64,000 nt of DNA. Origin: Mobula hypostoma (taxonomy: Eukaryota). Shown here in pieces: positions 26,631-39,357 of the stretch (position 1 is the first letter of the stretch; each line of letters starts with the position of its first letter). Below the pieces are notes generated by a model, which did no database searches, was not told the DNA's origin, and was given only the letters and a program-made list of their open reading frames with translations. The stretch spans positions 93,932,001 through 93,996,000 of the forward strand of contig NC_086097.1 in NCBI RefSeq assembly GCF_963921235.1. Direction: 5' to 3'. A program made the translations under genes and the position numbers.

Positions 26631-27371
26631 TTTCAGTAAATTTAAGATACTGATAACTCTTGGGTGACAATTATTTTTCTTCAACTCTTTTCTAGTTTGG
26701 AAACTTACCATTTTAAATCAGTGTCCCTATTATGGTTTGGGAGGAGTTACAGCCCTTCCAAAATATGCATTACAGATTTGATTATGCAGAGGACATTAAA
26801 AGGTGATCTTGCCATTATTTTGTACTGATTATTTGTAAAGTTTACAAAATATAAAGTGGATGTTCTAACTTTTTTTCTAATTTACAATTACAATTTGTTA
26901 ATACATTAACAATAAAATTGTGATAATTTGATCATCCTCTGAGGGCACAAGTAGTATGCTGTGACTGTGGGAGAGATTGTGTAAGAAAAGGACTTTTTGG
27001 GAATGATGAGTTTTTTTTTCACATTTTTGGGGTGTGTCAGGCTTTCTAGATTGCCATTGGCTGATTAAGTGTGCTGACCTTTGAACCTGAACTTGAGTTA
27101 TAGATTAACTGTTAAGGTCCTGCCTTTAATTTTCATCTTTAATTATTATAGGGAGAATTGAAATATTTGTTTAAAGGGTCGCTTATGATTCTGACTATGC
27201 TTAAAAACTATAAGGACTTTTCTTTTTGAGGTTTTTCTCTGCGATTTTAATCTTCTTCCAATTGTGACAAGAAGGTTTTTCAGAATCAGTATCATTAACA
27301 CTGATTTAAGTATGACGTGAAATGTTTTGTTTTGTGGCAGCAGTACAATGCAAAGGCATGAAATTACTATC

Positions 27372-27920
27372 TTCCTTTTCATGTGCCTTGCACGTTACAC
27401 ACTTGGGCGATCATGGCTTTACACATCGAACGATCCCTCGCAGCGTCAATGATACCTCGCACACTTAGATCTGTTAGTTCTTTCACAGTTTCCCTATATT
27501 TTCTTCTTTGCCTTCCTTTTCCGCGTTTCCCAGGCATACGGCCTTGTAATGTAAGGCATTCTATTTCTCCCTTTCTGATGACATGGCCCAGGAATTTACG
27601 TTTCCTCTCATTTAATGTTCTCATTAAAGATCTTTTTGTATGGGCATGTTGGAGTACTGTCTCATTAGTTACCCTATCTCTATATGATACTTTCAGCATT
27701 CTTCTAAGAAACCACATTTCTGTTGCTTCTAAGTTTCTTTGGAGTTCTGGTGTTATATTCCATGTTTTGGAAGCATACAGCAAGATTGACCAGATGTAAC
27801 ATTTTAGTAGCCTAAGCCTTGTTGTCATAGAAATGTGTCTGTTGGTAAAATTGGGTTTCATTTTTTGGAAGTTGGTTTGGGCAATGGCAATTCTTCTTTT
27901 TCTTCTTTTTATTTCTACTT
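27372..27920 (-). mobile_element. RTE-clade LINE 3' fragment
   Basis: RLLKCYIWSILLYASKTW..EATEMWFLRRMLKVS..FLGHVIRK..GKRGKGRQR. Confidence 0.85.
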
Positions 27921-28753
27921 ATAGCGAAATTACTATAAACGATAAAAATCAATGAATAGTGCAGAAAGAAGAAATAGCGAGGCAGTGTGCATGGATTATT
28001 CAGAAATCTGACAGCAGAAGGGAGACAGCTGTTTGTGAATCATTGAGTGTGGGTCTTCAGGTTTCTGTACCTCCTCCCTAATAGTAAAGGCGAAAAGGAG
28101 TGAAGTTCCAGATAGTAAAGATCCTTAGCGATGGATGTTGCCTTCGTGAGACGCCGGCTCTAGAAGTAGTCCGTGAGCTAGTAAGGTTGATCGGTACCAT
28201 CTGGGGGGAATAATGCTCACAGTGATTTTTGGCAAGGTATACATCTCTAGAGTTAGAAAACGTGATAGCATTGCGCCAGTGGTGGCTTTATTACTTCAAA
28301 TAAGTAATCACATTTTGTATATATTCCATATTAACATCAGTACAGCAGAAAATGTTACCCCACCCTCCAAAAGGTAAAAAAACCTCATTTGGAGAGATTT
28401 CTGGAGTTTTATCAATGTCATGATATTTTCCATACTGTTGTATCAAATCAAAACAATCTTAAGCTTTTGTCATAGCATATAGAATTACAGTACAATAATT
28501 CAAAGGTGTAGTTCCACACGGCCATATCCTAGGCCCCATTTGGTTATAAAATGAATATATTTAATCAAAGACGGCTTTCCATACTTTGTTTTCCATAACT
28601 TATTTTCATAACCTATTAATAATCATAATAATTTGCCAAGTCTTCCACGTCTTCCACATCTTCATCTGAACTTTCCACACTCTCTGAGGTGGATGCCTGG
28701 TTCTCACAGTCTGCCAGTCTACACATGTCAGTACACCTGAGGCCATTTGCAAC

Positions 28754-29955
28754 CTATGTTCCCTCTAAGCTGTGGGCGTGGGCACACGCACACGTCTTTC
28801 AACCAGCGCACAAAGGAAATTAATGTGCGCACAAAAGGTTAGTTACCTAAAATAATGTAGTAATTAATAATTATACTTATTGAAAATAATCTTTTAGCTA
28901 AATATTTCTGTTAACTAGTTAGTAGGTTTTTTCAAATACCACAATGCATGTCACTAATTTATGTCACCTCACCTTTCCTATTCCGGTTTGTACAGCCACA
29001 TCACGGCGGCAGCCATCTTTGTTGGACAGTGTTCATATCGTAAAGTTTACAAAGATCTGTTTCAAATCCTGTAGATAGCTTACTAAGTTTTTATTGAAAA
29101 AGATCAGTGAAATGACCCTCTGGCTAAATACTGTCACAGGAAATTGATAAACATCACATATAAAGTAGCTTTACAGGTTTTAAGTGATGTATTTGGTGAG
29201 CACGTGACCAAGTGGTTAAGGCATTGGACTAGCGACCTGAAGATCGTGAGTTCGAGCCCCAGCTGAGGCAACGTGTTGTATCCTTGAGCAAGGCACTTAA
29301 TCACACAGTCCTCTGTGACGACACTGGTGCCAAGCTCTATGGGTCCTAATGCCCTTCCCTTGGACAACACTGGTGTCGTGGAGAGAGGAGACTTGCAGCA
29401 TGGGCAACTGCTGGTCTTCCATACAACCTTGCCCAGGCCTGCGCCCTGGAGAGTGAAGATTTTCCAGGCGCAGATCCATGGTCTCGCAAGACTAACGGAT
29501 GCCTTTAATTTGATGAACTGGCTGCACTGTGCAAGATTCTGCAAAAGGGTGGCCTGACAGTAATTCGCTTCATTTTGCGCGAGGCAAAATTAACAAGGTA
29601 AGAAAGCAGTATCTGGGAGGCAATGTTTCGTGGAGTGACAAAGTCAAAGTTTTTCTAAGCAAACAATGCGAAGAAAACGTCACAGTAGATACAAGTTCAC
29701 TGTTGATTTTTATAAATAGTCTTTGTGTTCATTTAGAAGAAAGGTTTCCTGAAGATGAGGTTCAAGAATGGTCAGCTTTTGATTCCTCCGCAATTGTAGG
29801 TTGTGACTTCACATTTGGCGATGAGCAAGTTAATGCCTTATGTCTAAAATATCATGATTTTCTAGCTCAAAATACTGTAATAGTTAGATAGTTTAATGAT
29901 TTCAAATTTTCAGTGCAAGAAAAAATTAAATCCAAACTGATTTCAAACTTAACGT
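28754..29955 (+). mobile_element. hAT transposon fragment with ZNF862-like transposase remnant
   Basis: Left end CTATGTTCCCTCTAAG matches the MITE at 13971; peptide VLSDVFDELAALCKILQK..FINSLCVHLEERFPE. Confidence 0.75.
29200..29507 (+). mobile_element. tRNA-derived SINE inserted in the hAT transposase
   Basis: A-box TGACCAAGTGG, B-box GAGTTCGAGCCC; TSD ATTTGRTGA; the transposase frame rejoins when the SINE is removed. Confidence 0.8.
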
Positions 29956-30019
29956 GCATTCTAACTCCTCTTTGCCCGACGCCAGCCCCCTAGGCCTGAG
30001 TCGACATAGTAGTAGTACT

Positions 30020-30392
30020 AACTCCTCTTTCCTAATCACATGTCCAATGAAGTTACGTTGCCTTTTCATGATCTTATACATTATTTCTCTTTTTGTGCTT
30101 GCTCTGTTCATGACATCCTCGTTAGATATTCGTTTCATCCATTATGTTCTTTGCATCCTCCTCAAAAACCGCATCTCTGCTGCTTCAATTCGTTTCCTTT
30201 ATTGTCCAACATTCTGAGTCATATAACATCACTGGATAAACGTAACATTTCAGTACTCTGAGGCGGGTTGTCGTGCCTAGTTTAGTATTGGTCAGTATAC
30301 TCTTCATTCTCCTAAAGGTGTCTTTTGCCATCCCTATTCTTTTGATGTCCATGTCGCACCTGCCATCTGATATCACCCAGCTTCCTAAGTAG
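30020..30392 (-). mobile_element. RTE LINE fragment
   Basis: YLGSWVISDGRCDMDIKR.IGMAK, RVLKCYVYPVMLY. Confidence 0.8.
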
Positions 30393-31655
30393 GGCTGTAT
30401 ACCTTGCCAAAAATCACTATAAGAATTATTCCCCCCAGATGGTACCGATGGCCCAAATTTGGGGTCCTGGCTCATGGACTAAAGATGTTCTCGATGGTGA
30501 AGAGGGTTGTGCCCTTAATGGAGTTGGCTGTGTGTGAACCCTCTGCAGCCTTTTGCATTCCTTTTATTCTGATTCTTCATACCATGCTGTGATGCACCAG
30601 TCAGAATTCTCTCCACCGGACATTTGTAAATATTTCTAAGCGTTTTGGGTGACAACCAAGTTACCTCAAAATCCTAATGAAGTAGAACTGCTGGCATGTC
30701 TTCTGCATAATTTCATCAAAATGTTGGGTCCGTGTTAGATCCTCTGAGATTTTGACACCCAATAATTTGAAACTATTCACCCTTTCCACCACCTTCCCCT
30801 TAATGGTGTGTGTTCTCCCGTCTTCCCTTCTTGAAGTCCACAATTAATTCCTTGGTCTTGCTGATGTGAGTGTATGGTTGATTGGCATTGTTTCAACACC
30901 AATGAACCAGCTGATATATCTAACTCCTGCACGCCTTCCCATTGCCATGTGAGCTTCTACCCAGATGTTCAAGTTTATTGTCATAGCCATGTATACCCAT
31001 GGTATAAATGTCATAAAATTAACTTTTTGCAAGAGTGACACAGAATGAGCAAAAGACCCTTCCTCCAAGCCATGACAAAATCTTGATATTGATTTTCATG
31101 CCTGAATGCTACTGTGAAAGGTGCAGTTCCCATCAGGATAAGAATGGTCTTCAGTGACTGACAGTGACTATTCCTCAGCTTTCCCTTGATAACCTCTGGC
31201 TGCAGAACTTAACATGGATAAGTGGCAGAGCCAGCTCATGTGAACTTACCTCTATTATATGGTGTCTTCAGAATTAACTTTGACAATAACTTGTATTTTC
31301 TCATCAGTTTTAATCTGGAAATGCATTATTTTTGTCATGGTGGTGACCTATAACTACTTCAGGGCCCCTTGGTTAATGGCATAAAAAAAAGGTTGGAAAG
31401 CCCTGAGCTAGTTTCACCATCCATCAGTGCTTGAGCTCCTAAGTTTGCTGACAAAAGAAAACTGTGTGAATTGTAAAGAAGATACAAAGAAGTTTTAAGG
31501 TTTTGACGTTAAGGACTGAGATGAGGAATTTTTTCCCCACCTGGGTGATGAACCTGTGGAATTCTCTCAAAAAGAAGGCTGTGGAGGACAATTCACTGAA
31601 TATTTGTACGAAGGAAATATATTTCTATGACCATAAAGACATAGGAGCAGAATTA

Positions 31656-31789
31656 CACATAAAAGTTGCTAGTGAACGCAGCAGGCCAGGCAGCACCTCT
31701 TCCTAGAGATGCTGCCTGGCCTGCTGCGTTCACCAGCAACTTTTATGTGTGTTGCTTGAATTTCCAGCATCTGCAGAATTCCTGTTGTT
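31656..31789. repeat. 134-bp fold-back mini-element made of PLE tail
   Basis: 46-bp inverted arms with 2 mismatches and a 4-nt loop; 10-bp TSD AGCAGAATTA. Confidence 0.85.
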
Positions 31790-31799
31790 AGCAGAATTA

Positions 31800-32810
31800 G
31801 GCCATTTGGCCCATCGAGTCTGCTCCACCATCGATTCATGGCTGATACTTTTTTTCCCTCCTCAGCCCCACTCCACAGCCTTCTCCCCATAATCTTTGAT
31901 GCTGCATCCAATCAAGAACCTACCAAGCTCTGCCTTAAATATACCCAACAACCTGGTCTCCACAGCTGCCTGTGGTAATAAGTTCCACAAATTCACCATC
32001 CTCTGGCTAAAGAAATTTCCTTGTATCTCTGTTTTAAATAGATGCTCCTCTATCCTGAGGCTGTGTCCTCTTGTCCTAGGCTCCCCCACGATGGGAAACA
32101 TGTCTAGACCTTTCAACATTTGAAAGATTTCAATGAGTTCCCTCCCCACCCCCCCCCCCAATCCTTTTAAATTCCAGTGAGTACAGACCTGGAGCCATCA
32201 AACGATCACATGTTCCTCATATGATAAACCTTTCGTTCCTGGAATCATCCTTGTGAACCTCCTCTGAATCCTCTCCAATGTCAGCACATCTTTTCTTAGA
32301 TGAGGATCCCCACAATACTCAAGGTGAAGCCTCACCAGTGCCTTATAAAACCATAGCATCACATCCCTGCTTTGTATTCTAGACCTCTTGAAATGAATGC
32401 TAACATTGCATTTGCCTTCCTCACCACCGACTGTACCTGCAAGTTAACCTTTAGGGTGTTCTGCACAAGGACTCCCAAGTCCCTTTGCATCTCAGGTTTT
32501 TGGATTTTCTTCTCATTTAGAAAGTAGTCTGCACATCTATTTCTTCTATCAAAGTGCATGACCATGCATTTTCAGCATTGTATTTCATTTGCCACTTTCT
32601 TGCCTATTCTCCTCATCTGTATAAGTCCTTCTGCAGCCTGCCTGTTTCCTCAACACTGCCTGCCCCTCCACCAATTGTGGTATCATCTGCAAATTTACAA
32701 CAAAGCCATCTATTCCATTATCTAAATCATTGATATACAGCATAAAAAGAAGTGGTCCCAACACCAATTGCTGTGGAACACCACTTGTCACTGGCAGCCA
32801 ACTAGAAAAA
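31800..32810 (-). mobile_element. CR1 LINE 3' fragment
   Basis: [32 protein letters not shown]. Confidence 0.88.
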
Positions 32811-33729
32811 GATACATCGGACTTTAGCTTCTCCTTCTCAAACTGCACGGTGAATTCTATCATACTACGACCCAACATCCTAACATTATTGTTTTGCCTT
32901 ATTCTACCCCAATGCACTGTGTAATGAATTGATGCGTATGACCAGTATGCAAGACAAGCTTTTCACTGTACCTCAGTACATGTGACAATATTAATCCAAT
33001 ACAAATACCAGCACCAATATCCTGACTTGGAAATCAACCCAGCTTTCAGACAACAGTTCCCAAGGGAATTATTGACTAACTGTGTGACAACACAGCAGAT
33101 GGGAATGAACTTGAGCTCATACCTTCCACATTGGACCTATTGAAGGTCTGGATGCACTTTGTGTCCGGTCCCTCAAGCTTACCCCAGCAACAGCTGGTGT
33201 ATGTATTGTGATCCCATTCAATCGAATGTGGTCACTGATCTTAACTGAAAACATGCGGGAAGTAGATTGTTTATCTTTCTTTGTTTTATTTAATTTCAAG
33301 CACTTAAATATGTTGTGAAGAATGCTTAAACAAAATTAAAATAATTTAATAATCTAAATCCGCTGAAGCAACTTTCAGATGATCAGTGACATTTAAAATG
33401 CTCAGAGGCTTTTCAGAGGGCCCAGAGGAGGTTCATGGGAGTGATTCCAGGAATGAAAGGGTTAACATATGGGAAGCATTTGATGGCTCTGGAGTCACTG
33501 CAGTTTAGAAGAATGATGGAAGATCTCATTGAAACCTGTCGAAAATTGGAAGGTCTAGGTAGAGTGGATGTGGAGAAGATGATTCCTATAGTTGGGGAGT
33601 CTGGGACCAGAGGGCACAGCCTCAGAATCCCTTTGGAACAGAGATGAGGAGGAATTTCTTTAGCCAGAGGATGTTGTATCTGTGGAATCCAAGCCATTGG
33701 ATATATTATTGCAGAGGTTGATAGTTTCT

Positions 33730-36700
33730 TGTAAACACAAAATACTCTGCAGATACTGAGGTCAAAGCAACACTTGCAACACACTGAAGGAACTAAGCAG
33801 GTTGGGCAGCATCTGTGGAAACGAACAGTCAACGTTTCGGGCCGGAACCCTTCGTCAGGACTGAAGAGGGAAGGGGGCAGGGGCCCTATAAAGAAGGTGG
33901 GGGGAGGGTGGGAAGGAGAAGGCTGGTAGGTTCCAGGTGAAAAACCAGTAAGGGGGATCAAGGGGTGGGGGAGGGGATAGGCAGGAGAGGTGAAAAAGGA
34001 ACAGGGAAAAGCACAATGGGTCGTAAAAGGAGGCGGAACCATGAGGGAGGTGATAGGCAGCTGGGGGAGGGGGCAGAGTGAAACAATGTTCATGCCAAGG
34101 GGCTGGAGACTACCCAGACGGTATATGAGGTGTTGCTCCTCCAACCTGAGTCTGGCCTCATCATGGCAGTAGAGGAGGCCATGTATGGACATATCCAAAT
34201 GGGAAGCAGAGTTGAAGTGGGTGGCAAATGGGAGATCCTGTCTGTTGTGGCGGACGGAGTGGAGGTGCTCGAAAAAGCGGTCCCCCAATCTGCGTCGGGT
34301 CTCACCGATGTAGAGGAGGCTGCACCGAGAGCACCGGATGCAATAGATGACCCCAACAGACTCACAAGTGAAGTGTTGCCTCACCTGGAAGGTCTGTTTG
34401 GGTCCCTGAATGCTGGTGAGAGAGGAGGTGTAGCACTTAGGATTGCAGGGATAAGTGCCGGGTGAGAGATCCGTGGGGAGGGATGTGTGGACCAGGGAGG
34501 CGCGGAGGGAACGATCCCTGCGGAAAGCAGAGAGGGGTAGAGAGGGAAAGATGTGCTTAGTGGTGGAGTCCTGTTGAAGGTGGCGGAAGTTGCGGAGGAT
34601 AATCTGCTGGATCCGGAGACTGGTAGGGTGGTAGGTGAGGACAAGGGGAACTCTGTCCCTGTTGTGGTTGCGGGAGGATGGGGTGAGGACCGAAGTGCGG
34701 GAAATGGATGAGATGCAGGTGAGGGCATCATTGATGACGGCAAAGGGGAAACCACGATCCTTAAAGAAAGAGGACATTTGAGATGTCCTGGAATGGAAAG
34801 TCTCATCCTGGGAGCATATGTGGCGGAGATGGAGGAACTGGGAATAGGGAATGGCATTTTTGCATGTGGTAGGGTGGGAAGAGGTATAGTCGAGGTAGTT
34901 ATGAAAGTCAGTGGGTTTATAGAAGATGTCAGTGGACAGTCTGTCTCCAGAGATGGAGACAGAGAGATCGAGAAAGGAGAGAGAAGTGTCCGAGATGGAC
35001 CAAGTGAATTTGAGGGCTGGGTGAAAGTTAGAAGCAAAGTCGATGAAATTGACGAGCTCAGCATGGGTGCAGGAAGCAGCACCAATGTAGTTGTTAATGT
35101 AGCGAAGGAAAAGTTGGGGGGCAGTACCAGTATAAGTTTGGAGCATAGTCTGTTCCACATTACCAACGAAGAGGCAGGCATAGCTGAGGCCCATGCGAGT
35201 GCCCATAGCTACACCCTTGGTCTGAAGAAAGTAAAGAGAAATTATTAAGTGTGAGGTACCAGTTCCGCCAACCGGAGGAGGGTAGTGCTGGTGGGGAACT
35301 GGTGAGGTCTATTGTCCAGAAAGTAGTGGAGGGCTTTGAGGCCTTCTTGATGGGGAATGGAAGTGTATAAGGATTGGACATCTGTAGTGAAAATGAAGTG
35401 GTCGGGATCAGGGAACTGGAAGTCATTGAAGAGGTGGAGGGCATGGGATGTATCCCGGATGTAGGTGGGGAGGGACTGAACTATGGGAGACAAAATGGAG
35501 TCCAGGAAGGCTGATACAAGTTCGGTGGGGCAGGATCCGGCAGAAACTATGGGTCTACCGGGACAGTCAGGCTTGTGGATCTTGGGGAGGAGGTAAAACC
35601 AAACAGTGCGGGGTGTGGGAATCATGAGTTTTGTGGCTGACGATGGATGGTCTCCGGAGTTGATAAGGGTGGTGGTGATGGTATGGGAGACAATGGTTTG
35701 ATTTCCTTCTCCGCCTTTCCTGCCTATCCTCTCCCTGCTTCCCCTACCCCACCCCTTGATCTTTCCCCTTATTGGTTTTTCACCTGGCACCTACCAGCCT
35801 TCTCCTTCCCACCCTCCCCCCCACCTTTATAGGGCTCCTGCCCCCTCCCTCTTCAGACCTGACGAAGGGTCTCGGCCGGAAACGTTGTCTGTTCATTTCC
35901 ACGGATGCTGCCCGACCTGCTGAGTTCCTCCAGCGTGTTGTGCGTGTTGCTTTGACCCCAGCGTCTGCAGAGAATTTTATGTTTTGATTCGCTACTCCAC
36001 TGTGAAGTCTCTTCGAGGTATGCCTACCCTGAAGAAGTTTAAATCTTCCCTTTGACAGGAGTTCAGTGAGACCCTCTCTCACTCTGTGATCTCCGCCTCT
36101 CTCCGACTCTTTGACCATATCCTGACCCAGACCCGTTACCACAGCCACGTCTCCTTCCTGGGAACGTATCTCCACTGCCATCTTGTACCGCAGGGATTCC
36201 AGCACCGGTTCCAGGCCTCCCAGTTCGGGCCCAGCGACGCTCCAAGATACCTTTGTTTAATTGACCGCTGCTCCCGCCGGATTCTCCGCGCCACGCTCAC
36301 TGCCATGCGGAGATACCTACGGACCCTGTCCCTCTCTCTACCACCACTCCAGGCCTCACTCTCCACCGTCTACCATGGACCTCTCCTACACTTCATTCTC
36401 CGTTGGATTCACACCTCCAACCACCGTTTCTCCTTCCTCCCGTCCAAGAAGGACCACAAGCTCGCCCGTCTGGAGCCCACGATGACGACTGGGTCCAGCC
36501 CGGACCCCGACTCCTCGGACCCCGACTTCTCAGACCTTCGGCAGGCCGAAGACCCATCTGCCTCTTACTCTGACCCAGACTGGAACCACGGCCTCCGGGA
36601 CATGGGCAGCAGCCCCCGGCAGGCCATGGACTCACTCGCTTCTGGCTCAGACCTCAGTTCAGGTGCCCTGCGGGCCACAGGCTCCACTACCCCCAACTCC

Positions 36701-37022
36701 AGATCCAGCTCAGACCGAGGTCCTGACCCTCTCCAGACCGGGACTGCTCTTACTGTCGCTGGTTCCTACCACTCGTCTTATTCCTCCACTACCTTCTATC
36801 CTCCCCATGACTCCCAACCTTCCCTCTACCCCTCATCCCCCTCCATTCCTCTGATCCCTCATTCTCCCCTAACCCCGCTCTCCCTGAACATCCCAACCCC
36901 CCCCTCCTGAGACCTCCCAATCTTTACCCTCCTCTGACCCCAGCCCCAACCCTTGCCGTGTCCTCACCATCCCCTCTGACCTTCCCCCTCTGAGGCAGAA
37001 CGTTCTGTCCTTAGCAAGGGCC
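33730..37022. mobile_element. Head-to-head (inverted) Penelope-like composite: minus-strand RT/GIY-YIG body 33730-35700, plus-strand tail and 5' ORF 35700-37022
   Basis: 597-aa and 181-aa minus ORFs (RT, YIGETRRRL); plus ORF HILTQTRYHSHVSFL and downstream SVLSKGL; hammerheads at 33826-63 (-) and 35854-91 (+). Confidence 0.9.
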
Positions 37023-37928
37023 TTAAAATGCATCCAATGGCTTGGCCTCCACAGCCACTGGTGGCAACAAATTCCACAGACATACCACCCTTTGACAAAA
37101 GTAATTTCTCCACATCTCTGTTCCTTCAATCTTGAAGTCGTGCCCTCTTTTTCTAGACTCCCCTACCATGGGAAATAACTTTGCCATATCTAATCTGTTC
37201 AGGCCTTTTAATGTTTGAAATGTTTCAGTGAGATCCCCCCCCTCATTCTCCTGAACTCCGGGGAATACAGCCCAAGAGCTGCCAGACGTTCCTCATACGG
37301 TAACCCTTTCATTCCTGGAATCATCCTCATGAATCTTCTCTGATCGATGGGAGAAGGCAGCTTAAATAGTTTGGCATGCACTTGATGGGCTGAAGGGCCT
37401 GTTTCTGTGCTGTACTTTGCTCAGACTCTGTGACACTATCTGAGAACCTGCCAAAAAAGCTAGTTTTATTTTTACATGTATATTCAATATTGATACTTTT
37501 TCACGTGAGATTACAGCAGTGAGGAAATGCTTTTATCCTGAAAGTTGAAGACTTTCAACTTTCACTTCAAAAGGTGAAAGTATTTTTGAAAAACAAAATT
37601 CCACTGGAAAATATCATGGCTTGTGTAACGAAGCATCCTTCTCTGATGGTAGGATGACATAGAGGATTCATTACTCGTTTAAAATGCAGTGCCTGACGTA
37701 TTTTGCAAACAGGGTTTCATCCACCATCAGCATTGGTGGTAAAAACAAAATATTAATTGTATTTTCATCGCTGATTGGAAGAATATTATATCAATAAAGT
37801 ATCTCACTCAGAGCTTTAAAGTAACTTTATTTTTCATAAACACCTGTAACATTAAGTTTAGCCTATAATACCTATAACATGTTGAAACCTAAGGATTGAC
37901 TATCTATTAAACTAATACTAAAAGACCA

Positions 37929-38362
37929 TTAGTAATTAATGGAATCTATGGAGTCTGAGGGCCTGAGGGCAGTGTAAGTCACACTGGGGAAACAAGCAGC
38001 AAAAATTTCTAACATGGGGAGGTGCCTTTGACCTTCGGCGTAGAGTAGGGGTGGACTTGGGGGCTGCTGTTGGAGACCATGAGGGAAGTGGCCCCTCTCT
38101 CCGTGGCGGTCTGCCGTGACACACTCCGAGATGGATGCTGGACCAGCCGCTCTGTTCATTCTGCAGCCTCTCTGCTTTAGTTTGGCGAGACCGTGGATCC
38201 AATGCCAGGCCTCGCTGGCGTCGGAGGCCACCAGATCCAAGTTCTCCCTCGTGCCCTTAAATATGATGGTAAAACAGCGGTCGGTGGGTATCTCGGTGGC
38301 GTACCACTGCATTCCCTCCGTCTGGTGACCAGGTCTTAATTCTTTGATGTCGTCGATTGAGA
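37929..38362 (-). CDS. Exon 3 of PLC-delta-like gene: second half of PH domain, then read-through to a stop
   Basis: Acceptor cccttgcag; FSIDDIKELRPGHQTEG...DRCFTIIFKGTRENLDLVA...AWHWIHGL is homologous to the PLCD1 PH domain; homology ends near 38140, so the end coordinate is inferred. Confidence 0.8.
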
Positions 38363-38904
38363 CTGCAAGGGGTCGGGTGGGGGGAGAGAGTAAAACGGCC
38401 GCAGAGATCAGAACAAGAGATTCAGTCACAGATTCACAAGCACAAGAGATTCTGCAGAAGCTGGAAATTCAGAGTAACACACACACAAAGTTATTTATTC
38501 ACAGCACTTCATCTATTCAGAGATGCACTGTGGGACTGGCCCTTCTTCTCCAAAAAGCCACATCGCCCAACACCCCACCTATTTAACAGCAGCCTAATCA
38601 CAGGAAAATTTACAATGACCAGTCAGCCTTCTTCGAACTGCAGGAGGAAACCCACATGGTCACGGGGAGAATATACAAACTCCTTACACACGGCACTGGT
38701 ATTGAACTTTGAATTATTACCTGCCCACTCCCTGTCCCCCATCCCTGACCGAGCAGCAACAACATCACACGAACCACTCTGCTATTGTGGTGCCCTAAAA
38801 TACTGGAGGAACTCTGCAGGTCAGGCAGCATCTGTGGAGAGGAATAAAGAGTCAACAATAGGCCAACATCCTCCATCAGGATGAGTCCTGCAGACGGGTC
38901 TCAG

Positions 38905-38906
<2 letters not shown>

Positions 38907-38961
<55 letters not shown>
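38907..38961. repeat. (TG)n microsatellite inside a small fold-back PLE-tail remnant
   Basis: Direct observation; flanked by inverted GCAGGTCAGGCAGCATC arms. Confidence 0.95.
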
Positions 38962-38964
<3 letters not shown>

Positions 38965-39291
38965 CAGTTATGGATGCTGCCTGACCTGCTGAGTTCATTC
39001 TGCATTTTTTGTGTGTTGTTCTACCATCTGCAGAATCTCTTGTGCAAAGGCATCATTGTGTTGCTAAACTGTAGAAATTAGGATTGTGAGGTGTGGGGCT
39101 TCAGGTTTCTGTAGCTCCTGCTTGATGGATATGACTCATGTCATGTTTATGGGAAACCTGGATGAACAGAGAAATGGAAATGGACCAGGAGGTGAGAGAG
39201 AAAGGAGCTTATTGCAACATGTGGGTCATATTGTCTGAAAGTTCTTCCCCCTGTGGAATGCTGAATGAATTGGATAGTTGTTTTCCTGAGC

Positions 39292-39294
<3 letters not shown>

Positions 39295-39337
<43 letters not shown>

Positions 39338-39357
39338 CACACTCACACTCACACACA
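39295..39357. repeat. (CA)n/(CACACT)n microsatellite
   Basis: Direct observation. Confidence 0.95.

Larger units (their letters stand above)
28167..30481 (-). mobile_element. Academ (AcademX-like) DNA transposon relic inserted in a Rex1 fragment
   Basis: Termini TAGTCCGTGAGCTAG / CTGGCTCATGGACTA, 3-bp TSD AAG, about 54-bp subterminal inverted repeat (28190-243 / 30397-449); minus-strand C-terminal remnant GLRCTDMCRLADCEN + acidic tail + stop (28616-28753). Confidence 0.7.

Noticed and set aside
29200..29275. tRNA gene
   Set aside because: It is the head of a TSD-flanked SINE and continues into a non-tRNA body
33413..33730. C-terminal extension of the 597-aa PLE ORF; apparent inverted CR1 flanks (with 37022-37343)
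   Set aside because: Read-through into the tail and antisense CR1 after a deletion; the two CR1 flanks are too different to be duplicates
36018..36058. Possible 41-nt intron (GTATGC..TTTGACAG) at the PLE 5' end
   Set aside because: Too short for typical vertebrate splicing; more simply a decayed ORF start or hairpin
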